A stretch of DNA of 42,906 bases from the IMG/VR virus record IMGVR_UViG_3300027710_000002, positions 1 to 42,906 of that record, one strand, 5' to 3'. Origin of the DNA: a virus. Made by a program: the position numbers and the translations under genes. Each line of letters begins with the position of its first letter. Positions within the stretch are counted from its first letter, which is position 1. This document shows positions 24,390-33,719 of this stretch, in pieces. The notes beneath the pieces are model-generated. The model was given only the letters and a program-made list of their open reading frames with translations. It did no database searches and had not been told where the DNA came from.

Positions 24390-27300
24390 TTCTACTTTCT
24401 ATTTGATCGCTTTTTTTAACAGCAGTTTTTATTAATTTTCCATTCTTTTCATTAGCGATCATGTAGGCGATAATTCCTTCATCATCTAATTTTTTAAGCA
24501 AAACCAAAAGTTCCTGAAGCACATTATTGTTTTGCATCATGTATTCTGAGTTTTGAGTATTAGGAGTGATGGAAACTGTATCAGTTGTTGTATTTTTTAC
24601 AAGTCCACCTTCAGCATAACCTTTATTATTACCTTGTCTGACGCTTTCCAAATAGTCAATTACTTTAGCATGTCGAGGATGTTCTACCATCCATTGTGGA
24701 GCAACCCATTCCTTAGCATGAACTACACCTGCAGGAACAGCTCCGGTTTCATCTGGAGAACCGAAGCCGGTTCCAGTGTGGCCACCTTTAAAAAAGCTCG
24801 GCTTATCAGGAAGAGGAGTACTCATTACTGTTCCTAACTGGATTGCTCCTAAAGTCCCGATTACAACAGCAGCTATTGTTCCTCCAATCGGACCAAGTTG
24901 ACTGTAAGCTTGCATAATTGCCAATGATGTACTTGCTACAATTTCAGCAACTTTGAGAGCTCTCTCAACTTTTGCTTGTTTGTATGATATTTCAGCTTTT
25001 TTATTCGCGGTTTCCGCCTCAATTAATTGAACTTTTTTATTATATTCAGTCTGACTAATAATACCTTCATTTAATTGTCTTAGAAGCTCTTTTTTCTTGT
25101 TTGAATTATCCTTCTCAAATTTTGACATTTCACGATTAGCAAGATTCTGCTGCAGTTGGGAAAAACTTTGAAAAGCGCTTGATAGAGCCTGTACAACCAT
25201 TTTTACAGCCTCAATTTTTCCTTTTGTTGTATCAAGATTTTTCCAAGCGGTTTCCCAATCTTTGGCAGAAAATCCTAGAATATCTACTTTTTCTTTTTCG
25301 GAATTATTCTCTTCAGTAACCTTCTTTTTATCAGCTTCATCGCCGCCCTTCATTGCCGATTTAACTGCAGTGATTCTGATATTTAATTCATCAAGATCTT
25401 TCTTTAGTTTTGCAGTAGCTTCTGAAGATAGTGAGGGATCATTAATAAGCTGATTTAGAAGTTTTTTTTGCTCATCCAGCATTTTCATCTGGGAATCTAA
25501 GTAAGCTCGGTCAGCATTTTCTCTAAGAGCCTTTTTAGCATCTTCTAACGTTGTTATGCTCTTTAATTCAAGTTCTGTAAGCTTAAGATAATGCATCTGA
25601 GATAACGCCTCTTTCGCCTGATCCATTGAAGAAATATTATTGATCATTTCTTCAGATGAATTCCTTTCAAGATCTATCTTTGACTGTAATTTTTCTACCT
25701 TTTTTTCAAAGCTTAAAGTCTCCCATTTTTCTTCTATGCGAAGCAGATTAAAGCCATGAGTTTGCCATATTTGATCTTCTATTTCCGCATTAATATTTAT
25801 TAGATTCTGCCTTTTTTTGTTGGTAGTATTTAATTCAGATATAGCGCTATCAAATATTTTTGTAGCTTCTGGTGATTTTGTTTCTTTTTTATCTCGCTGA
25901 AGCTTTTTGATTTCATCTTCAGATTTTTGAATTTGATTTTTGATTTCAGTGTTTTGTTGAGAAATTTCAGACTTTCTGTTTTCGTAATCTTGAAGTTCTA
26001 AATTCCACTCTTTCTCTTTACTTTCCTGAAGTATTTTGAATTCTTCGTCTTTTTTAGTTTTTTCGAGCTCTAAAAATTTTTTATCTGCTTCAGCTTTTGC
26101 TTCAAGCGATTTATTGTAAGCTTCACGAGCTTTTTCTAAATCATCATCTTTTTTCTTCTCAAGATTTTTATCTTTTTTCGCTTCAGGAACAACAATATTT
26201 TGAGGTACAATATTTCCAGTCGGAGTTTCAGCCGTTGATAATTTTACAATCTCATCACTTAGTTCCTTAGCATCATCGTTAAGACTTTGGATTGCCTCCA
26301 TTCTTTTTTCATAGACATATCCAAAACTTTCCATCATGCTTTTTGCATATTCATCACCACCTTTTCTACGCCATATTTCGAATTGCTTTCTCTGACTTTT
26401 ATCGAGTTTTTTTATTTCCGAAGGTGTTAAAAATGACATATTTCGATCAACCCAATTACCATTTGTTTTAACAAAATCTTTTATAGGAGTATCTTCTGTA
26501 TCAATAATTTTTTCTTGTATTTCATCAAGTTTTTTATTTAAAACCTTAATTCTCGAATTTCTAATTAATGCATCCGTATATGCTTTTATCGCGTTGGTAG
26601 CTTCTTGTGTTTTGATATTTTCAAGCGTCAAATTGCCTAAATATTCAGGAGAAAGGGCATTTAATTTTTTGATTGCGTTCGCTTTTACTTCCTTAGAATA
26701 ATTATCATTTCTAGCTATCTCAACTAAATTATTTAGTTCGTTTTTTTGAGAAATGATGCCTTTTTCAGATTCTTTGTTGATATCATTCAGCATTTTTTGT
26801 TTATCAGCTGCTTTATCAACCTCTTTTGAGAACATCGCGATGGCTACGACTGCTGCAGTAATAACCGCGACAAAAAGACCAATAAGATTAGATTTTGTTG
26901 CTATATTAAAAGCTCTCATAGCAATTGTAGCTCTAACAGTATTTCCCGTTACCAGAGCCTGAGCTGCAGCATATAAAAGTGATGCTGCTCTAGCTGTTGT
27001 GTCCCAAAATACTTTTGCTTTCTGAACTAAATTGTATATTAAAGTCTCACGAGTTACATTTTTAGTCGTCAAAACTAAAATTAAGAGAGCTGCGTTATAG
27101 CCAATTACAGCAGAAATAGCAACAATAAAAAGTTTGTAAAGAACTGATAATCGCTCTTTAAATATAATAATACCATCACCGGACTCGTCGGTCACACCAG
27201 TTAGCCAACCTACAGCTTGGATGAGACTTTCAAACTTATTGATTACGTTTGTTGAAGTGAACATATCACCGAACGCATTCTTGATTTTTTCAAGAATTGC

Positions 27301-28539
27301 CGGTGCATTATTATTTTTTTTATTGAATTCATCAGTTAAAGAGGTCATTTTATTCATCTCATCTCCGGCGGTCTCCATCGATTTTCTAAAGTCGTCAGTT
27401 CTATTAGCGGCAGCACCTATCACTTTTTGAACTTCCAATGAATTCAATTTTAAACTTTCGAAGATTTTAGAAGTCTCAGTTCCGGATACGCCTTTCATTC
27501 CGGCTGCAAATCGCAAGAAAAATTCTTCAGGTTTAGTGTTTAATAGTTTCGTAGCTTCAGAAACTGACATTTGCATTGAAATTGCAAAACCTTCAATATT
27601 TCCTCCAGCTGTAGTCAAAAAATTAGATACACCTGAAGAAGCGATTTGAGCATCAATACCTGATTCTTCGAAAGCAGCACCTAAACCTAAAACTTTATCA
27701 ATTGCAGGTCGTAGTGCTTCCGGTAAATTTCCTAATCTTAGTGTGAAATTTGCGATGTTTCCTTCGCTAGCGGTTCCCTGAGCAGCCAAAGTATTAAGAG
27801 CAGAACCAACCTTATTAATTGCGTCTGCGTACGTTAATTCCTTTGTTCCGTTGAATAGCCCCTTAATTTTACCAAGCTGATCGACTACACCCTCAAGACC
27901 ACCGTCGAAACTATCTCCTAAAGCGACATAAGCTTTGTCGACTTCCTGGACAAAATCTTTCATTTCCTCCAGAGGAACTCCCAAACGACCTCCAACTTCA
28001 GCAATTTTTAAACGCTCAAGCTTCGTTGTTCTGGTGTCCATCTCGTCAAATTGATTCCAAAGATTTTTTACCTGATCTGTAGACATCCCAGTAGTTTTTT
28101 CTACATCGGTCATTGCATCAGCTATTTTCAGAAGTTGATCTACAGTTTCTTTACCTTTTGAAATCATATTTTCAAAAAACATTGAAGCAGTATTCGCACT
28201 GAATACCTCTCTGAAGGTTTCACCAAAACTTAATAACCCATTACGAAATAAACCTAAAAAACCTCTTGATCTGTTAAGAGCGCCATCAAGATTATTGATT
28301 TCATTTCTTACTTCTGCAAAACGAGCTCTAGCTCTACTTAGTTGTTCTGCAGTCGCGTTAAATTCTCTAGTACCAACTGGAAGACGGCGAAGATCACGCT
28401 CTAAACTTCGAGTGATTCGCTGAACATTCTGAAATGTATTTTGAACTTGATTTCCGTTGATATATAGAACTCCGGTTGTGGAGATTGTGTTTCCTGCCAT
28501 CTTGCTGTAAGAATTTGATGCAAGATGTAACTGGAGCAT
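24376..28539 (-). CDS. Tail tape measure protein
   Basis: 1387 aa with long coiled-coil Lys/Glu-rich segments and hydrophobic helices in the middle and near the C-terminus. Confidence 0.85.
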   Translation of the reverse strand: MLQLHLASNSYSKMAGNTISTTGVLYINGNQVQNTFQNVQRITRSLERDLRRLPVGTREFNATAEQLSRARARFAEVRNEINNLDGALNRSRGFLGLFRNGLLSFGETFREVFSANTASMFFENMISKGKETVDQLLKIADAMTDVEKTTGMSTDQVKNLWNQFDEMDTRTTKLERLKIAEVGGRLGVPLEEMKDFVQEVDKAYVALGDSFDGGLEGVVDQLGKIKGLFNGTKELTYADAINKVGSALNTLAAQGTASEGNIANFTLRLGNLPEALRPAIDKVLGLGAAFEESGIDAQIASSGVSNFLTTAGGNIEGFAISMQMSVSEATKLLNTKPEEFFLRFAAGMKGVSGTETSKIFESLKLNSLEVQKVIGAAANRTDDFRKSMETAGDEMNKMTSLTDEFNKKNNNAPAILEKIKNAFGDMFTSTNVINKFESLIQAVGWLTGVTDESGDGIIIFKERLSVLYKLFIVAISAVIGYNAALLILVLTTKNVTRETLIYNLVQKAKVFWDTTARAASLLYAAAQALVTGNTVRATIAMRAFNIATKSNLIGLFVAVITAAVVAIAMFSKEVDKAADKQKMLNDINKESEKGIISQKNELNNLVEIARNDNYSKEVKANAIKKLNALSPEYLGNLTLENIKTQEATNAIKAYTDALIRNSRIKVLNKKLDEIQEKIIDTEDTPIKDFVKTNGNWVDRNMSFLTPSEIKKLDKSQRKQFEIWRRKGGDEYAKSMMESFGYVYEKRMEAIQSLNDDAKELSDEIVKLSTAETPTGNIVPQNIVVPEAKKDKNLEKKKDDDLEKAREAYNKSLEAKAEADKKFLELEKTKKDEEFKILQESKEKEWNLELQDYENRKSEISQQNTEIKNQIQKSEDEIKKLQRDKKETKSPEATKIFDSAISELNTTNKKRQNLININAEIEDQIWQTHGFNLLRIEEKWETLSFEKKVEKLQSKIDLERNSSEEMINNISSMDQAKEALSQMHYLKLTELELKSITTLEDAKKALRENADRAYLDSQMKMLDEQKKLLNQLINDPSLSSEATAKLKKDLDELNIRITAVKSAMKGGDEADKKKVTEENNSEKEKVDILGFSAKDWETAWKNLDTTKGKIEAVKMVVQALSSAFQSFSQLQQNLANREMSKFEKDNSNKKKELLRQLNEGIISQTEYNKKVQLIEAETANKKAEISYKQAKVERALKVAEIVASTSLAIMQAYSQLGPIGGTIAAVVIGTLGAIQLGTVMSTPLPDKPSFFKGGHTGTGFGSPDETGAVPAGVVHAKEWVAPQWMVEHPRHAKVIDYLESVRQGNNKGYAEGGLVKNTTTDTVSITPNTQNSEYMMQNNNVLQELLVLLKKLDDEGIIAYMIANEKNGKLIKTAVKKSDQIESRNARK

Positions 28540-28556
28540 ATTTTTTGAAAGGACAT

Positions 28557-28581
28557 AAAAAAAGCACTAAATTTTAGTGCT
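28557..28581 (-). terminator. Hairpin plus U-run between the 152-aa gene and the tape measure gene
   Basis: 7-bp stem AGCACTA/TAGTGCT, with A7 on the plus strand (U7 on the minus strand). Confidence 0.5.
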
Positions 28582-29038
28582 AAATATTTTCTATTATTCT
28601 TCTAATATCAACCATAATCGCTTCTGATCTTATTCTTACAATTTCGTTCATCACAAATTCTTTAACGCCTGAAGCTTCAATGGCATCATCAATGAAGGGT
28701 TGTGCAGGCATTTTCATGACATGAGATTTAAAATTGTAAGTTGTCTCCTGGGGACTATGCCGGGTTCTGGTTCCGGCATCTCTCACCCCATCGACACCGA
28801 AATTTTGAATAAAGCCATGCTTTGCCATTTTAATACCTAAACTTCGCATGAAAAATTTTTGATTTCCAGATCTCAATGTGCCGTATTTTTTCAGTTTTGC
28901 TACCGATGTAGCATCTTTCAGGGAAGCTTCATCTTCTTTTCTGTTTACATGATCGGCAAATGATGATGTTTTACTTCTGAGTGCAGACTCTAACATTTGT
29001 TCAGCTTTATCAGCGACTTCACTTTCGTTATTATACAT
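28580..29038 (-). CDS. Tail-module protein (152 aa), function unknown
   Basis: Located immediately upstream of the tape measure gene. Confidence 0.5.
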   Translation of the reverse strand: MYNNESEVADKAEQMLESALRSKTSSFADHVNRKEDEASLKDATSVAKLKKYGTLRSGNQKFFMRSLGIKMAKHGFIQNFGVDGVRDAGTRTRHSPQETTYNFKSHVMKMPAQPFIDDAIEASGVKEFVMNEIVRIRSEAIMVDIRRIIENI

Positions 29039-29056
29039 ATATTGAATTTTGCACTA

Positions 29057-29096
29057 AAATAAAAACTCCGGAAAATCCTGTAAAGGACTCCGGAGT
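29057..29096 (-). terminator. Extended hairpin plus U-run just upstream of the 152-aa gene
   Basis: ACTCCGGA/TCCGGAGT outer stem and TCCT/AGGA inner stem, followed by UUUUUAUUUU on the minus strand. Confidence 0.6.
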
Positions 29097-29198
29097 AGGA
29101 ATTGTTTTGTAACACTGTAAACCATTTGGTTTTTAATTTATTACAAACTTTTTGAAAAATGTAACATCTGAAAATAACATTTGAATAAAAGTGTAAAG

Positions 29199-29516
29199 CT
29201 AGAAATCTGCTATTCTTTCGTATAAATTCCAGACTAAAATACGCCCAATTTCTTTTTCTTCATATTCGGGTAAAATACCTCTTAACTTATTTCCTTTAAC
29301 CGTTTGAATGGTTTCTGTCAAAATTTTCTGAGAGTGCTTAAAGCTTTGTTCTTTCAGAACATCAAACACATCATGTTCGGTGATGGGTTGGTTTGGAATT
29401 ATGCCCTTGAACCAGCTAAGAACCTGTGAAGTCTGCATCTGAATATTACTTCCTTCTGGAGTAGGAGAGTAATAGTGTAAAATCAGATCAATCATTGTTT
29501 GTTTATAATCATCCAT
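29199..29516 (-). CDS. Hypothetical tail-module protein (105 aa)
   Basis: ATG start, 8-nt overlap with the upstream gene. Confidence 0.5.
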   Translation of the reverse strand: MDDYKQTMIDLILHYYSPTPEGSNIQMQTSQVLSWFKGIIPNQPITEHDVFDVLKEQSFKHSQKILTETIQTVKGNKLRGILPEYEEKEIGRILVWNLYERIADF

Positions 29517-29775
29517 GCGCTTCAGGTTTTAAAATTTCCATTAAAGATTTAAATTTAGTTGGATTTCTATTAATTACATGATACAAAGAGACAAGATTTG
29601 TAAGATGATTTTTTATTAATTTTTCATGATTCTCAACAATGTCATTGTCGATTCCTAAGTTAACAATTACTTCATTCAAATCAGCTCTTAATTCTGCACT
29701 TGAATTCATAATGTCATAAAAATCCTCTAACCAGTATGCGAAGGCTGCATTAAATTGCTTTGCCATGACCTTCAT
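29509..29775 (-). CDS. Hypothetical tail-module protein (88 aa)
   Basis: ATG start, overlaps its neighbours. Confidence 0.5.
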   Translation of the reverse strand: MKVMAKQFNAAFAYWLEDFYDIMNSSAELRADLNEVIVNLGIDNDIVENHEKLIKNHLTNLVSLYHVINRNPTKFKSLMEILKPEAHG

Positions 29776-30046
29776 ATTTTTCGTTAAATTTTTTGATCAT
29801 GTTCACATAAGCGAGGTCGAAAGTAGGACCGAAAGCGAAAGCTTTTCTTTTAGTGGTGTAAGAACTGAATGTGCATTTTACAATACCGGCTTCCATGTAA
29901 GTGGAGGAGACTGTGCCATTATTCTGTTTAAGAAAATCAAAATTCTTTGCTAGAACTGGTTTTTCAGTTAATATTCTGGATTTTCTTCTTTGCCCTAAAA
30001 ACATACTGAAGCTTCTGTTTTTAGTTGTTTTGATTGGGTTTCGCAT
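29750..30046 (-). CDS. Hypothetical tail-module protein (98 aa)
   Basis: ATG start, first gene after the structured intergenic region. Confidence 0.5.
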   Translation of the reverse strand: MRNPIKTTKNRSFSMFLGQRRKSRILTEKPVLAKNFDFLKQNNGTVSSTYMEAGIVKCTFSSYTTKRKAFAFGPTFDLAYVNMIKKFNEKYEGHGKAI

Positions 30047-30115
30047 TTTATATTTATTTAAAAATTGTTTTCAAATAAACCAAGTAAAAAAAAAGTCTTG
30101 ATTTTCTTGGTAGTC

Positions 30116-30232
30116 GCGAAACCCAATCATCCGAAGAAGATATCCAATACTCATCAAGACCTAAGTCTTATTTTTATCGTAAAAAAGTTAGTTGAAGATT
30201 TTTAGGACTTCTTCAGGTCAACTGGGTTTCGC
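30116..30232. ncRNA. Candidate structured RNA / long imperfect hairpin (about 117 nt) in a 245-bp intergenic region
   Basis: Perfect 10-bp closing helix GCGAAACCCA (30116-30125) with TGGGTTTCGC (30223-30232). A second helix pairs CCGAAGAAG (30131-30139) with CTTCTTCAGG (30208-30217), with one bulge. There is an inner hairpin AAGAC-CTAA-GTCTT. Confidence 0.35.
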
Positions 30233-30248
30233 TGTAGCAAAGATATAT

Positions 30249-30279
30249 AAAAAAAACAATCTGCAAAATTTATTGCAGA
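30249..30279 (-). terminator. Intrinsic terminator after the secreted-protein gene
   Basis: Stem TCTGCAA/TTGCAGA with a U8-type run on the minus strand. Confidence 0.65.
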
Positions 30280-30291
30280 CTGTTTTTAATT

Positions 30292-30837
30292 TTACCAATC
30301 TTCTTTTGTCAAAATAGGCTTTTCCATCGAAGATTTTAATTCTTGAATCAATGGCTTTATTCGTTCATCAATTGAATTTCTTAACTCATTTGTGACTTTA
30401 ATTTTATAGCTTTTCGGACCTCCCGCTAAAAGACCAGTCATGGTCGGAAGAGTTTCTTCATTCGTAATTAAACCATAATTTACAGTATTGCCAGAATGTG
30501 TGAAATTGGTAATGTCATATTTATACCTTCCATCTTTACAAGCAATTGTAATATCAAAAGTAATATAACCTTCACGAGCTGCAGAGCCTGAGAATATTTT
30601 GCTTTTGTAGGGCATATTTCCTCTTCCTACTAAAATATTATTTTCCGAATCATCCAAAATTATAACTTCTTTTGGATTTTTAAAAGAGTGAGTAAACCAC
30701 ATTTTCGCACTTGCAAAGAGTGATTTAGGAGATTTTTGTGAATCCTCTACTTTTACAACTTCAGAAAAAGTATATGTTTCTTGAGCTTTTACAATTGTTG
30801 TCAGAGCTAGAAATAAAATTAAGAATAGTGTTTTCAT
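30292..30837 (-). CDS. Secreted protein (181 aa) with a cleavable signal peptide, DUF4468-like by feel
   Basis: MKTLFLILFLALTTIVKAQ signal peptide. ATGA coupling to the upstream ORF and its own terminator. Confidence 0.6.
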   Translation of the reverse strand: MKTLFLILFLALTTIVKAQETYTFSEVVKVEDSQKSPKSLFASAKMWFTHSFKNPKEVIILDDSENNILVGRGNMPYKSKIFSGSAAREGYITFDITIACKDGRYKYDITNFTHSGNTVNYGLITNEETLPTMTGLLAGGPKSYKIKVTNELRNSIDERIKPLIQELKSSMEKPILTKEDW

Positions 30838-31121
30838 GATTTTTTATATTTTGAGAGATATACGGCTGAAATTGTAGCCATTTTTTTTACATCGATAGAT
30901 GTGTCTCCGGCTTCTATGATGTGCTTTAAAATTGCAAGTTCTTTGACAGAGTGAGCCCTTTTTAAAGTAATTAAAGCTGTACCGATCTGGTGTAGATTGT
31001 CATCACTTTCTGACAGTTTATATTTACTTAAAACCATTCTCATTAATGGTTTTATTTCATTCTTGGAAGGGAAACCATCGAACTCGGTAGACATTAATGT
31101 ATATGGATCTACTTTAATCAT
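30834..31121 (-). CDS. Hypothetical protein (95 aa)
   Basis: ATG start, translationally coupled to the secreted protein gene. Confidence 0.5.
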   Translation of the reverse strand: MIKVDPYTLMSTEFDGFPSKNEIKPLMRMVLSKYKLSESDDNLHQIGTALITLKRAHSVKELAILKHIIEAGDTSIDVKKMATISAVYLSKYKKS

Positions 31122-31176
31122 ATTAATATTTTGGGCAAAGATAATTATTTAGAATTGTTTAATTTTACGGTTTTCC

Positions 31177-31677
31177 TTATTCACAAGATTCTAAATCTTT
31201 CCAGTCTGCAAAATCTACCTTCAAAGGCTGCTTATTTTTTAAATTAAATAAAACATCAACTCCAAAATCACCAGCAGATAATTCTACCGGCTTAATCTCG
31301 ACAGAATCTTTCAGAAATGCATTGTATAAAAAGTGATCTGAATTAAACGATTCATATCTCATTCTTGCTAATATTTTCACAGCTAATTGTTCAGCATCAT
31401 GAATTGCCTGATATTGTGCATCAAGATCTCCAGGTTTAATTTTATTGAACATGATAGCAAAACCGATTTTTCTTACAGCAACTGAGTTTTCATTTTGTCC
31501 ATCAAAACCTAATGTATATCGAAAAAGTGCCAAAACCGGCGACTTCAATCCTTTTACGGATGATTTTTTAGAACTCCATTCTCTTTCAAAAAATCCAACA
31601 AAATCATTAAGAAATGTTGATTGCATTACTAAGTTTTCAAAGTAATTCTTTACTTGTAGGTAACTATTTTCGTTCAT
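31177..31677 (-). CDS. Hypothetical tail/connector-module protein (166 aa)
   Basis: Position only. Confidence 0.5.
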   Translation of the reverse strand: MNENSYLQVKNYFENLVMQSTFLNDFVGFFEREWSSKKSSVKGLKSPVLALFRYTLGFDGQNENSVAVRKIGFAIMFNKIKPGDLDAQYQAIHDAEQLAVKILARMRYESFNSDHFLYNAFLKDSVEIKPVELSAGDFGVDVLFNLKNKQPLKVDFADWKDLESCE

Positions 31678-32440
31678 TTGCTTGTGCTTTGGCTCTGTGA
31701 TATAAAATACTTTCTGATAATACGCTTAAAAACTCGTAAACACGAACTTTATTGACATCTTGTTTTTTTCCTAAAGGCTGAAGTTCATCCATAGACATCC
31801 CGATAATTATTTTATCGAATGGAATAAACTGATCATCTTTTTTAGTGAAAACAGGCTGCAGTTTTTTTTCTTCAGATTCTTTTTTTGCTTTTGGAAAAAC
31901 AACAGGAAATGTCTTTGAAATTTCATTCCGGGTAAACAAATAAGCAAGAGCAATCGCTTCCATCTGCTTTACCGGAATTTTTCTTGTGATGGCATCCACA
32001 GCTGAGATATCTAAATCATCATAGTCTTCCTTGATCCTGTACAATGAAGCAACAAGACGCTTTAAATTAAGCTTTGTTCGATCTTTATTCCAAAAATAAA
32101 AGTAGGTGTCAATTGCATTGAATTGTCTAACAGTAATGTCTCCAATTGCATCAGCAGGTTTTATAAGCCCTGGTATTTCTGGGAAAGAAAAATAATCTGC
32201 AGTATCTTTGATGAAAGTGGTATATTTTCCTAATTCCGATATCGGAACGTTTCTCCGGAGTTTATCCCACTTATAAATATCAGAACTTAAATTTGATTTT
32301 TGATAGATGATTATAATCATCTGAAAGTAAGCTTCTGAGAAGTTTTCAACTGGAGTATTTAAATATAGGTGAGCAATCTCCTGAAGCTGCCAATCGTTAA
32401 GATCATTCCAGGATTTTGCAATTTCAATATATTCTGCCAT
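31664..32440 (-). CDS. Hypothetical tail/connector-module protein (258 aa)
   Basis: Position only. Divergent from the 74-aa plus-strand ORF. Confidence 0.5.
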   Translation of the reverse strand: MAEYIEIAKSWNDLNDWQLQEIAHLYLNTPVENFSEAYFQMIIIIYQKSNLSSDIYKWDKLRRNVPISELGKYTTFIKDTADYFSFPEIPGLIKPADAIGDITVRQFNAIDTYFYFWNKDRTKLNLKRLVASLYRIKEDYDDLDISAVDAITRKIPVKQMEAIALAYLFTRNEISKTFPVVFPKAKKESEEKKLQPVFTKKDDQFIPFDKIIIGMSMDELQPLGKKQDVNKVRVYEFLSVLSESILYHRAKAQANERK

Positions 32441-32479
32441 TGCATTATTTTTGCTGCAATATGAATTAAAATTTATGTT

Positions 32480-32704
32480 ATGAAAAGGACAATAAAGTTA
32501 GTATATGAACCAATTGAAGAACGGTATTTAGTAATTTACGCGACTGATAATTTATGTTATTGCTACAAAATTGATAACGTTAATCCTCCAATGTTATCCA
32601 GGGTTTTTGAAGTTGGCTACAACCCTTTTAAAAAAGAGATTATAATTGATGAGATGAGCGTATTTGCTAAAGAAGAGATGAAAAAGCTTAACGGTGGATT
32701 TTAA
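32480..32704 (+). CDS. Opposite-strand moron (74 aa)
   Basis: ATG start. The only plus-strand ORF inside the late region. Followed by a bidirectional terminator. Confidence 0.5.
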   Translation: MKRTIKLVYEPIEERYLVIYATDNLCYCYKIDNVNPPMLSRVFEVGYNPFKKEIIIDEMSVFAKEEMKKLNGGF

Positions 32705-32734
32705 TAAAAAAAGTCCTGATAATTCAGGACTTTT
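32705..32734. terminator. Bidirectional intrinsic terminator
   Basis: 9-bp stem AAGTCCTGA/TCAGGACTT with a 4-nt loop, A6 upstream and T-run downstream. Confidence 0.7.
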
Positions 32735-32921
32735 GAGCTATAATATATCCTAAGTGGAAAAGGGTATTTGCACCATGCAATTCCCGTATTATTTTAATTT
32801 TTTTTTCTACAGAGCTCAAACTATTTGGCTTAACATTTAATAGTTTAAGTTTTTCAGAGATTTCTTTTTGGTTGAAACCTTTTTTTAAGTTCTCAATAAT
32901 AAAGTCATTTACATTTTCCAT
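32724..32921 (-). CDS. Small HTH protein (65 aa), candidate regulator
   Basis: LuxR/sigma-region-4-like segment FNQKEISEKLKLLNVKPNSLSSVEKK. Confidence 0.45.
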   Translation of the reverse strand: MENVNDFIIENLKKGFNQKEISEKLKLLNVKPNSLSSVEKKIKIIRELHGANTLFHLGYIIAQKS

Positions 32922-32984
32922 ATTCCAAAAGTAGAAACGGAATTTTAACTTTAAAAAAGGATTCCCATAAAATGAAGAATTAGA

Positions 32985-33548
32985 TTAAAATAAATCATCA
33001 TACTTTTTCAGAATTTTGGCGAGACCCTTTCCAATAATTTCTTTTTTATTTACAATATTTTCAACAGCTCCAGTTCCTGTGATGAAATCAACTTCAACCA
33101 AAACCGAAATTCCAGATCCAAGATTTAGAATTCCAATTCGGGAATGCTGAGAGTTATTTTCTGGCTTTACTCCACGATTTTTTATTCCTAAAGTTTGAGA
33201 TAAAAATTCATTAACCTCATTCGCCATTTTGTAAGAGCAAGAATTTTTGTCTGCAAAATCTTTTTTATTGACATAACATTCAACGCCACGCGTTGTATTA
33301 TTTACTGCAGCATTCAAATGAATATCAAAAATAACGGAGCCCGAAGCCGGTTTTATCCTAGTTTGATACTGTTTATTTGTTTCCCAGTCTTTATCTACAA
33401 TAATGTCTTTGTCCGCACTTTGATTAACGATAGAATCACGTATAATTCTAGTAATATCAGCTTCTTTGTAGCCATTAGATACAGCTCCCGGATCTTCATT
33501 ATTATGTCCTGCAGAAACGTACGTTCTTAACGGTGAAAATTGTATCAT
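32985..33548 (-). CDS. Endolysin, N-acetylmuramoyl-L-alanine amidase (Amidase_3 type)
   Basis: Motifs SAGHNNEDPGA, IFDIHLNA and VEVDFIT. Confidence 0.85.
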   Translation of the reverse strand: MIQFSPLRTYVSAGHNNEDPGAVSNGYKEADITRIIRDSIVNQSADKDIIVDKDWETNKQYQTRIKPASGSVIFDIHLNAAVNNTTRGVECYVNKKDFADKNSCSYKMANEVNEFLSQTLGIKNRGVKPENNSQHSRIGILNLGSGISVLVEVDFITGTGAVENIVNKKEIIGKGLAKILKKYDDLF

Positions 33549-33550
33549 TC

Positions 33551-33715
33551 TTATTTGTCAAAAATTGATTTTACAGCCCACATCTTTGCGGTTTCTAAAT
33601 TTGTGATAGCTACAGCTCTCGATCTTGGATCTAGATCAGTGTCATCATTCAGATCTTTCTTAAGCTCTTCGAATTTCCTTTCAAATTCAGCTTTTCTTTC
33701 TAATAGTGATTTCAT
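33551..33715 (-). CDS. Small ORF (54 aa) inside the lysis cassette, not in the supplied track
   Basis: My own translation is MKSLLERKAEFERKFEELKKDLNDDTDLDPRSRAVAITNLETAKMWAVKSIFDK. It fills the gap between the lipoprotein and amidase genes. Confidence 0.5.
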   Translation of the reverse strand: MKSLLERKAEFERKFEELKKDLNDDTDLDPRSRAVAITNLETAKMWAVKSIFDK

Positions 33716-33719
33716 TCTT

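Noticed and set aside
29750-29775. A programmed -1 frameshift (tail chaperone G/GT-like) at the 98-aa/88-aa ORF overlap upstream of the tape measure gene
   Set aside because: The A-rich run AAAAAATTT is not in the X-XXY-YYZ register of the upstream frame. The downstream ORF has its own ATG. These ORFs are not immediately adjacent to the tape measure gene.
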